The notes beneath the pieces are model-generated. The model was not told where the DNA came from. It made no database searches and saw nothing but the letters and a program-made list of their open reading frames with translations. From the NCBI GenBank assembly GCA_003990765.1, contig RBNJ01000282.1:1-34223 (forward strand): DNA of 34,223 bases, written 5' to 3'. The translations under genes were made by a program, and so were the position numbers. Shown piece by piece: positions 10,138 through 20,464 of the stretch. The first letter of the stretch is position 1. The number at the start of each line of letters is the position of its first letter. Origin of the DNA: Jimgerdemannia flammicorona. Its lineage: Eukaryota.

Positions 10138-11661
10138 TATCATATAGTGGTTGCTGAGTCCTTCAAATATGCCAGACTCTCTTCAAAGTGTATCTCTTAG
10201 ACTAACTCAAGTTTGTTATAAGCAAGTTCTTATTGGAGTACCTTCTTAAGATCTTTTAGTCCTCAAACTTCTTATCTTTAAACTGTCTTATTATCTCTTA
10301 GATTGCTTGTAAGGAAGTGTGTGTATTGTACTGAGAGAAACTGACTTTATTTCAGAAGAAATAAGAGGGGTATTTATACAAAATATAATTCAATGGTTGC
10401 TAAGATATAAAGCTAAATATAAATTCCAATAACTAAAACTACTAAGTTTCAGGGTTGGCACTGATAGTTGTATAGGTTCAGGATACTGATATAATTCAGT
10501 GTCACATCAGAATGCTGGTGCTTGAACAATTTTGCATCACCTCAGAATGCCAGTACTGGTATTATCCAGTATTATATCAAAATATCAGTGCTGGCATTAT
10601 TCAGTGTAACAAAGAACTTAGAGCAGAAAGTTCAGGACCATGGGGGCTTCATCCTCATCATCAGAGATCAGAATGTCTTTGAAGGAGATGAGGTCCATGA
10701 ATTCATCATTTTCATATGCTTCAATGTCACATGGGATGATGTCATCACCAATGACATCATCACATTCAGTGGAGAAATTGGAGGCTCTCCAATCTATGAG
10801 ATTCTCTTCTACAAAATAAGAAACAAATATAGGGTCTTGGAGAGGTCTAACCTGGATGCTTGGGCTTTGATACTGAGATCAATTCTTGCAGGAATTGGTC
10901 TGGGTTGTCCTGAAGGATGGAATGCCAGAAGTCTTCTACTTTATCACTGTTGAGAGTGATAGTGGACTGAGCTTCTGTGGCTACTCTGGCTTTTAGTGTA
11001 TTGATATGGCAGGATGATAGGTCTCTGAAATCTGAGACTCTAACATACTCCAAGTTAGGGATTGACCATAGTGTATGCCTGAAGATCTGATGGATCTTCT
11101 TAGCTGTCCTTGTTTCGTATATATCCATGAGAGTGGTATCTTGTAGCTCTTGAGTGCTGGTCTGTGGAAACTTCTGGCAGAGGAGGTTTCTTATTTCATA
11201 CTCCTGCTATATTTGGAGGCATTCAGTGGCAATAGTGATCCTTGTTTCCATTTCACAGCAGTAGAGGATAAAGTGATAAGAGTCTGCAGTACCCAGGTTG
11301 ATACTGGGAGTTCTTCTTGAGCAGGTTCTCATGGCTCTTCTAATGTCTTAGAACATCCTTTCCTCAACTGAGATGCCTTGGTGATTCCTTGACCTTGAGA
11401 TTTGGCAGACAGCAGGCATTTCATTTGTAGTAAGTCTTTGAGCTATTTTGGGATTAGTAGTTCTTGTTAGTTGCTGCTACTGTGGTTCCTTGATCCTTCT
11501 TTTATATTCTTTAGAGTACTTATACTATGGTCACAATGACTCACAGTTGGTCATCATTGCTCATCTCATATGCCATATGATCTTCTTATACTTCAATCTA
11601 GTAGCTTGCAAGGAAAGGCTATCTCCTGTGCTGATATCATCATTCTGGAGTCACCATTATA
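10138..11661 (-). repeat. 3' LTR of element B (1524 bp)
   Basis: Collinear with 30495-32452 apart from MITE H. Confidence 0.94.
10618..11500 (-). pseudogene. ORF3 of unknown function inside the LTR (U3) of element B
   Basis: Combining both LTR copies gives a ~290-aa frame: ...EERMFQDIRRA...QEYEI(G/R)NLL...TAKKIHQIFRH..WSIPNLEYVRVSDFRDLS...acidic tail DDKDEAPMVLNFLL*. The start is not resolved. Confidence 0.7.
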
Positions 11662-11996
11662 TCTTCCTCCTGAATAAGGATCTTCTTGAGCATCCTTATT
11701 CATTGATCTAGTTCTGAAAAATTTACTGATCCCATAACCTCTAGTAAGGGGTCAAAAAGTAGTATTTATAGGCTGGCATCTTCCCTTTATATTTTGGTGT
11801 GATAGTGAAGGGTCACTCTCTTCATATAGAGCAAGGGCCTGATTCTGATCTTGACCAATCAGTTGATGGTTCAAACTCCTCTGACTTCAAAAGTCTCATG
11901 GATGAGTAGTTACCAGTGCTGTATCCCTTAGAGAATGGTCCAGACAGATAGTCTGCTGGTTATGGGACATGCTGTTATGATTAACAGACTAGAACC

Positions 11997-13224
11997 TCAC
12001 AGGCAGTCATTACATTTTGCTTCTCTTGTACATATAGGTTTGTAGTACTTCTTGAGTCTGTTCCTATGTACCATAGTAGGCAGTATAGTCTCTGAGATTT
12101 TTCTAAGCCAGAAGGTAGTTCCCTTGATATCTTGCACATAGAAGGGTCCTTCCCATTTAGGCTCCAGTTTTTGTGACCATGAGACTTCTATCATATTTCG
12201 ATACAGTAGAACCTTTTCTCCAATTCAGATGGGTTCTAGGGCTTTGTGATTCTTTTTCACATTCTTCCTTGTCAGCACTTGTAACTTGGTGATGTAATCT
12301 TCAGCCTTCTTCCTGATTTGGTGTAGTCTCCAGATTTCTGCATCAACTTATCTCCAAGTTAGGTCTAGATTTGTGGCTGAGGTTCCATTAGAATCTTCTT
12401 CTCCAAAGAGCAGCTCTCTTGGGATAAAGTGTGTACTCTATGACTATATGTCTCATAGGACAGAGAGGGCAGTTGGGAGATAGTTATCCCAATTCTCATA
12501 TATCTCTGAGATCTTCGCTAGGATATTCTTAAGAGTCTTATTGGTTCTCTCTGTCTGTCCATTTCCTTGAGGATGGTATGCCATGGTCTTGATGTACTGG
12601 ATCTTGTATTTCTGATACATTATCTCATAGAATCTATTGACAAATTCTGTTCCATGGTCTGTTGTGATTTGCTTTGGTGTCTTATAGCAGCAGATGATTT
12701 CTCAGTACAGGAAGTCAGCTATAGAGAGGGCATTGGCTTCTTGTAATACTCCCACCTCTATCCATTTGGTGAAGAGGTCTACAATAACTATAATATAGCA
12801 GTTTTCTGATATTATTACTAGTAGTGGCCCAATAATCTATTGTGATGTGGTAGAAGGGAATAGGTTCAATTCTTGATGACCCGGGTGCCTGGTCTTACTG
12901 ATCTTGTTTCTGTTTTTGGTACTTATCACACTCTTTGACAAATTGGCACAGGTCTTCTTCCATCTTGGGCCACCATATGGTTCTTCTTGCCTTGTCATAT
13001 GTGTTGGTTCCTCCTAAGTGTCCTTGCTTATGTACTTTCTTCATTACTTGATACTTCTTGTGTTTGTGTATTACTAGTTTTCCTCCTTTTCTGAGTATAG
13101 TGTTGTCTAGTTCAAACTATTTCCAAGTCCAGTTAATGATGGTGATTATCTAGGGTTTGAGGTGGTTGAGCATCTTCCGCTACTCAAGATAGCTGATTAA
13201 TCCATAGTGTAGCTCCTTATTCAT
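11997..13224 (-). pseudogene. Element B integrase, in its own reading frame
   Basis: Starts MNKELHYGLISYL. Contains GHLGG, WWPKM, CDKYQ, TDHGTEF, YHPQGNGQTERTN and C-terminal KLEPKWEGPF...VHRNRLK. Confidence 0.9.
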
Positions 13225-13249
13225 ATTAAATAGTCTTGATGGGGGTGTT

Positions 13250-14069
13250 TCAGGATATCCTTGAGAGTGCATCAGCATTGGTATTGGTCTTTTCTGAGCA
13301 GTGCTTGACAGTACAGTTATACTCTTGCAGTCTGTAGATCCATCTAGCATATATTCCTTTGGAGTTCAGAGTATGGAATAGCCAGGCAAGAGTGGAATGG
13401 TCTGTTTGAATGGTGAAGTATTTCTTGGCTAGGTAGTAGTAGAACTTGTCTACTGTCCAAACTACTGCTAAGTATTCTAGCTTGCATGACTCATAGTTCT
13501 GTTCTGCTCTGCAGATACCTTGGCTTATATAAGAGATAATATATTCATATCCATCTTTCTTCTGAGCTAGGACTGCTCCAAGTCCTATAGCACTTGTATC
13601 TGTCTGTAGGATGAATTCTAGGTTCCAGTCTGGTCTTCTGAGGATAGGTACTTGGATCAATCTGGTCTTAAGTTCATTGAAGATTTCTTGGTACTCCTTG
13701 GTCCATTCGAATTTTGTCTCCTTCTTCAGTAGCTCATATGTAGATAGGTGCTGCAATGTTAGAGTATTCTTTGATGAGTCTTCTGTAGTAGCTGGCCAGT
13801 CCAAGGAAGGCATGGACTTCTGTGGTTATTCTAGGTCTCAGGTAGGCTGCAACAGCCTCGATCTTCATGGAGTCTGTGTGGATTCCAGTCTGGTTGATGA
13901 GGTGTCCTAGGTAGGCGATTTCTTGAGCTACAAACTTGTATTTCTTGGGCTTGATGTAGAGGTCATGCTCCTTGAGCTTCTTGAGGACTAGCTGTATGTG
14001 ATTGACATATTCCTGTATAGTATTGCTGAAGATGATCACATCATCAACATAGATAAAGAGACATTTTCC
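13250..14069 (-). pseudogene. Element B RT C-terminal half and RNase H
   Basis: FIYVDDVIIFS, YLGH, FLGLASYYRR, FILQTDTSAIGLGAVL, TDHSTL, NADALSRIS*. Confidence 0.93.
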
Positions 14070-15248
14070 CAGCTCCTTTCTCCACTATCTTACCAGTCAC
14101 AAGGTTTGGTAGGTGACCTTCTGAGTCCCCTTTCCCCTAATATTACCCCCTCTACCTCGGGTTGGTTTGCTGTGCCTGCAGGGGCATAGTGGGAGGAGGG
14201 CAATGGTGATGAGTTGCCCCTTTATTGGTGTCAGATCAGTGCTTCCTCTACTTTTTCACAGATTCTAGTACCTTCAGCTGTATCTGGGATATACCCATTT
14301 TGGTGCGGTGTCTTCTTCCTTTTGCCATCGCCAACAAGGAGTTGTCTCGGTGTATCTCGGGCTACGTAGGGAGTCGGCCGACCTTGGGCGTCAAGTGCTC
14401 AGTGTAGGTTACCTGCAGGTCCTTGGTGTCTGTAGTGGGGCCCTCTGGCTTTGGTGAGCTTTCCGGTGAGCACGGTTCTGGTGTAGGTGACTGCTTTTCG
14501 GGTATTGTCGGGATGGGAGGGGAGATGGCCATCACAGATAGGCAGAAGGGTGATTACAGTGAACCAGTAGGGTGCCAGGCTGGGGGCAGTTATCGGGACT
14601 GGGGCAGGTGCTGCTTCGGTGGGGCCTTTTGATTGGTGCAGCATAGTTAGGTGGTAGGTGTCACTATCAGCTTCTTTTGGTAGTCAGCAGGATTGGGCCC
14701 CAGTCATCAGGGGGGGTCGGGAGGCCTGAGACTACCTATTTCAGGCATCTTGGCTGCACTCAACTAGAACTGGGAGCTGACACGGCAACATGATCGAGGC
14801 CCGCAGGCTTGAGTAGTGGGGTATTGGGGGTTTCCTTCCGCCTCACATGTAAGTCCTTTACTCACCTCAACTGGGAGAACCAGGCCCTACCTACCATGTT
14901 GTACTTTGATGAGGGTTTTTTATTTGCCTGTCATTCTCTTTGGGATGGCAGGGGCTATTCTATTTAGCTCAAGTGTGGCCTTGTACATATGTTGGGTTCT
15001 CAGGCATGTGCTTTCGGTTGTTCGTGTATGGTTGGGTTTCCCCTGGTGGTAGGGAGAGCATGGTGCACAGAATGAGGTGCAGACTTATCAGCCCTACTGT
15101 GCCTGGCATGGTCGAGCTGCTGGACAATAGCTAGCCTAGGTTAATGGGGGGGCAGTGCTTGGTGGGTGGTGGGGGAGGGTTTTGGCCTATATAGTCTAGG
15201 TTCCCTTCCAATAAAAATCTGCAGAACATAAGTCTGTTAAACAAAAAA
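14070..15248 (+). mobile_element. Element E: 1.18-kb retroposed insert (5'-truncated LINE or non-autonomous retroposon) in B's RT
   Basis: 15-bp TSD AAAGAG(A/C)CATTTTCC at 14055-14069 and 15249-15263. AATAAA at 15210 and a short A tail. More GC-rich than the flanks. Removing it restores EIGK(C/W)LFIYVDD. Confidence 0.8.
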
Positions 15249-15263
15249 AAAGAGCCATTTTCC

Positions 15264-18200
15264 AATCTCGTTGCTGAAGACTCTGTTCATCATTTGCTGG
15301 AAACTTGCTGGGGCATTGCATATTCCAAATGATATTCACAGGTAGATATAGGTGATATCAGGTGTGATGAAGGCCAATTTCTTACTGACATCTTGAGTGA
15401 GACCAATCTGATGGAAGCTTGAGAACAGATCCAAGGTGGTGTAGTATTTGGCTTTGTATCTAAGAGTGGTGAGAATCTCTTGAATATTTGGCAAGGGCTG
15501 TCTATCCTTCTTGGTGATGGCATTGAGCTTTCTGTAGTCAATGCAGAGTCTTGGTGCAAACTCTCCAGACTTACTTCCTTTCTTCAGGGCAAGGACAATA
15601 GGTGAGGTCCAGGGACTAATAGCTTGTTTGATGATTCTGGCTTCTTCCGTTTCCTTGAGTTCTGCCTGTAGCTATTCTCTGAGGCAGGTGGTATGGGTCT
15701 GGCTTTCTGGTAGATGGGCTTGATATCACCAGTGTTAACTTCATGGTAGTACTTGGGTTCTTGATTGTGGATATCCCTAAAGTCTATAGCAAGTACTTCT
15801 TCATTCTGGTACAGGATCTTGAGAAGTTGTTCCTCTAGGGGAAAGTTTTCTCTAATGGTATATGTATGCTTGTCTGGTCCTTGTCTTTCTTGTGCTCAAG
15901 TTCAGTAATCTTGGTGGCAGTATAGGCTCCTCTTCCAGTAGATCCAAAGCCTTGTTCTCCTCTCTTAGTCTTGATGAGTTCAATGGCTTCTATGATCTTA
16001 GGCTTCTTGATTTCATAGATCAGCATCTGGCCAATCCTGTCATATTCTTGACTTCGAAGGGAGTGGTGTGGTTGTGATTTCTGACTATGAGGAAGATCTC
16101 ACCAGTGTAATCAGAGTCAATTACTCCTCCTTTAACTGAGATTTCACTTTTGGCCAGACTGTTCCTGGTCTTGATAATTCCAGCATAGTTCTCTGGCAGC
16201 TTGACTCTAATTCCAGTGCCAAGTAGGGTGGTGGTCTGTGGTTCGAGGGTAGCATCTTGAATGCTGGCAAGGTCTATTTCTATGGCTCCTTCAGTCTTAT
16301 ATTCTGGGATCTTGGCTTCGGGGTGAAACTTCTTGACCTTGAGGGTGATGTCTGATTCTTATTCCTCCTCATCATCACTGTCAGCTTGGAGCTCTGGGGG
16401 CTGGTCATCTTCTTCGGCTTTCCTTTTTGCTTTGGTGGCTTCTTGCTCATGTTTCTGTTGGTGGATTTTCCTGACTTTACTGATATAGGACCAGCAGTCA
16501 TTCAGGTATTCAGAGTAGTACATCTTAGTACTATGGGGGCATCTTTCTTGAGGGGCATACCCATCAATGATCTTGTTGTACCACTGCTCATCTGTAAGCT
16601 TGGGTGTCTTGTTCTTGTTCTTGTTCACTGAGTATATGAAGACCTCTGTGCCCTCTTCATCTCCTTCTTCCATGTCTGGTAGGACTCCTTTATGAACATT
16701 GATAGAGACTTGTACCTTTCTTCCTCTATAGTTGATCTGCATCTTCTGGGCATTGAGATCAATGATGGCCTTAGCCTTGTGAAGCCATTGGTTGCCAATG
16801 AGGATGTCATAGTTGGTGGCACTTGTAACAATCATATCTATTAGGATGGTAGCTCCTCCTATCTTGATGGGGACTTCTTGGATTTTGCCAAGGAGGGTAG
16901 CTTATATACTATCTGCTATGACATAGACCATCTTGGTAGACTCTTCAATATCTCAGCCTAGGTGGTCAATTGCCTTCTTACTTATAAGATATCCTCCAGC
17001 ACTGGTATCAATAATGGCATCAAAGATACAGTCTTCAATTTGACATAGGGTATAGGCTGATGTCTTGCACTGGTTTTCAGATTCTTCACCTGAGTTCTTG
17101 AATTCTTCCTGTGCATTGTGAGCTTCTACAATCTTGTACTCTTGATTCTTAGCAGTAGTTGCAAGTCCTACTCTCAACTGCTTTCTGAAGGCAGGGACTT
17201 CGGCTAGCTGTCCAAAGGTAGCATTGATCTTCTATTCCTTGAGGTCCTTATAGATGTCATACTGGTGGATCTTGGTCTTGTGCAGCTTCTGTTCCTTCTT
17301 GCTTTCACTTTCTCCTAAGACTGGAGTAGTGCCTTCAATTATTTGGCAGACAGCTTCATCTAACTCCATGTCTTGATCAATCTCCTCAGGTTGGGTCTTG
17401 CTTTGAATAGTGATAGCTAGGGTCTTCTTTGGTCTTCTAACTGGCTTGCTGTTGCTCTTCTTATCATAGGGCTTGGACTGAGTTCTGGTACCTTCAGTAG
17501 CAGGGTAGAATTCAAGCTCCTCATAGTATTCTTCATCATCAGTGTCACCAATCTCCTCGATGACTACTGCATTGGTTTGTTCTCTGGTTCTACTAGTATT
17601 ACTTGGTTGGACTTTGTGTCTTATTTCAGTCATACAATTCTTTGCATAGTGGCCTTCTTCTCTACATCTAAAGTATGTGATATTGTGTTCTTCTATAGCA
17701 GCTGCAAATCTCTGCACTAGTTTCCTATTGGTGCTTCAGACTTCTCTAACAACATCACTAAGGTGTACAGTTATCTCAGTGAACTGCTTGATAAGTTCTT
17801 CCACTGGGTCAGATTTGGCTGTCTTGGGGGTAGGTGGGGTTGGTTATCTATTTACAACTATGGTAGATAGGATACTAGTTGGCTTTGATGGCTCCATCTT
17901 GATGCCAGTTATTTTCTCTATTGAGTATTCAGCAGAGTATCTAGTAGTTCAATATCTCTATGCAAAGACCACTTTCTGATTAAGGGTCAGTGCAGCTGGA
18001 GTAGACCAGATTGCTAGGGCAATTTTAGGGTGAACTCCTTTGAGAAAAGTTGAATCCACTATTTGTTCCTTGAGGTGGTCATCATAGCCAGCCAAGATAA
18101 TCTGGTGGCAGATTCAGGTATAGAATGAGTTGAGATCTTCACTAAGTCCCTGGCAGATAGTATTGAGTTGATCCTTGAGAGCTTGCTTGATCTCTTTAGT

Positions 18201-18406
18201 ATAATATGTTGTTCTGACGAAGACCTTCATGTTGGCAAGTTTGACTGTACCAGTATCAGCAATAGTGGCTGCATTGAACTTGTCTCTGGTAGGTCCTCTG
18301 AGGCTGACTGGTAGAAGGGCCAGTTGAGTATCCACACCAAGAGCTTGTATAGTGGCAAATTGTTCAAAGTCTTCAATGAAGGTCAGGATTGACTCTTCAG
18401 TAGTAT
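15264..18406 (-). pseudogene. Element B gag-PR-linker-dUTPase-RT N-terminal half
   Basis: Knuckle (Y)FRCREEGHYAKNC. Protease AIIDTSAGG and YDILIGNQWL. dUTPase EGAIEIDL, TRNSLA, GGVIDSDYTGEI, RGEQGFGSTG (~16350-15930). RT SPWTSPIV. Confidence 0.92.
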
Positions 18407-18810
18407 TGTAACAGTTCTAGTTTCTAAATGAGAAAGTAACTAGTTCTGATAGTTCTAAGTAGCTTGAAGAAATACTAAGGATTCAAGTGTTCTCAAAGGA
18501 TTTCTGAGAGAAAATATTCTGAGACTTTATTCATGAGAACAAAGGGGATATTTATACAAGATCTGAAAGAAGGATCTGGAAGGATCTGAGAAATCAAAGG
18601 AAAATGCCAAGAGGAAAGTTCTCAGCAAAGATGACAAATGATGACAAATAAAGTTCTACAAGTTTCCAGGACAATTAGTAACTAGCTAAATAAGTACTAG
18701 GGAATGCTTGGTGCCAAGAAGGGGATTTCTAAGCATTCGGAAAGTACCAGAAGATTATAGAATATTGAAGAAAGACAAAGAAAAAAAATAAACTATGCTA
18801 AAATGTTACA
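18407..18810 (-). repeat. 3' LTR of element C
   Basis: TGTAAC...GTTACA ends. Collinear with 29935-30338. Confidence 0.95.
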
Positions 18811-19149
18811 TCTCCCTCTCCTTAAGAATCAATGTCCTCATTGAATTCTCAAAGTTACATATGATAAACAATAAGACTAAAAGAAACTTCAAATTAAATA
18901 TACTGACTCATTGGCAAGGATTGGCTGTCCTTGTATAAGGTGAGGGCCAAAGTATCATCTTGATCAGATGAGAACTGGTTTGAACCTCGTTGGTTGCAGG
19001 ATTTATAGAGTTCTTCTATATGTATCTCTTATTTCTGATGCTATATCCCTTAAAGAGCCCCAATGTATAATGTGTCTGATCAGCACAGTAGGTCATCTAC
19101 TATCTAAGGAGAGAACTCTATGGGTAGTCAATGAGTTCCTTTTTGCTCG

Positions 19150-20339
19150 AACTCTTAGATGAGGTCTTGAGAGTTCTTGAGATTGGCAGTAGGTTCTCAG
19201 GTGACATCATATTCAGAGTAACCCATCTACTTGACTAGGTATTCTGTGCAACAGTATTGGACTTACTTGTCTAAGATTTTCTTGACTTCATACTCAATAT
19301 GGTCTTCAACTATGACTGGTGCTGATGGTGTCAGAATTCAGCCAGGGTATGGGGGTGACTGGTTCTAGGTCTTGAGTTGTGACACATGGAATACTAGGTA
19401 TATATATATAGTTATTGGCAAGTTGAGATAGTAAGACCAGGTGGAGACTTACTCAGTGATCTCAAAGGGTCCAAGGTACTTGGGCTGGAATTTGGCTAAC
19501 TGGTGGTTGACTTGAGATTGAGCCTTGATGTTATTGGCTTTAAGTAGAACCATATCACCAATGTTGTATATGACATCTCACTACTTCTTATCTGCATACT
19601 TAGCTTGATGTTACTGAGCTTTTTGCAGGTTTGTAGTGGCAATCTTGAGAAGGAAATCTATTTTGTTGATAAGGTTCTGGGCTGTGGAGACTTGTGTGTG
19701 ACTGGATTGCTGGAATTGGACTAGGTCTCAGAGTTTTGACCATAAAGTAGCTGAAATGAGAAAAGACCAGTTGATGATTGGTTGGCATTGTTATAGGTGA
19801 ACTCAGCATAGGTCAGATAGTGGTCCCAATCATCTTGCTCATAAGATACATAGTTTCTGAGCATTTGATCAAGTTTTCTGTTCATTTGCTTAGTCTGTCC
19901 ATTAGTTTGAAGATAGAAGGCAGTGGACATAGCAATTTGGATTTCAAGGGTCTTGAAGAGTGCTTGCTAGAAGTAGCTTGTGAACTTGGGGTTGTGGTCA
20001 CTGATAATTACTCGGGGAAGTCTATAATGGTGGAAGACAGTCTTGAAGAAGATTCTTGCAATTTCTGAGGTAGTGGCATTGGTTGTAATTGGCTCGGTAA
20101 TTGTAATCTTAGTGAGACAGTCCACAAACACAACAATAGCATCATAGCCTGTTTTGGTTCATGGGAGTTATACAATGAAGTCCATTGTGACTTGTTCGAA
20201 CTTCTTGATTGGAATTGACAAGAGTTATAGAAGACCAGCAGATGCTTGATTGCTTGACTTGTTTCTTTGACAAAGATCACAGCTTTGGACATACTTCTTG
20301 ATTTCCTTGAGCATGTTTGGCCAGTAGTAGTCTCATTGG
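19150..20339 (-). pseudogene. Element C integrase core and chromodomain
   Basis: YYWPNM, MSTAFYLQTNGQT, WDHYLTYAEFTYNN, PKYLGPF, FHVSQL. Chromodomain EYEVKKILDK...EYLVK*MGY...T*EP..NL at ~19300-19170. Confidence 0.9.
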
Positions 20340-20464
20340 ATATTCTTGATAGTCATCTCTTTCCAGTACCATTCATGTTACACAACCTTTGGAAGGCACT
20401 TACAACATCATTTTTGGCGAAAAGAGACTAACAACATAGCAACTGACAGGCAACCTGAGGTACA

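Noticed and set aside
10522..10953. 143-aa plus-strand ORF in B's LTR, and the 112-aa ORF at 31329
   Set aside because: Antisense to the ORF3 acidic tail. The N-termini differ between copies and one begins inside MITE H.
14695..14720. Minus-strand CTGATGA as a hammerhead core in element E
   Set aside because: No properly placed GAAA or closing stems.
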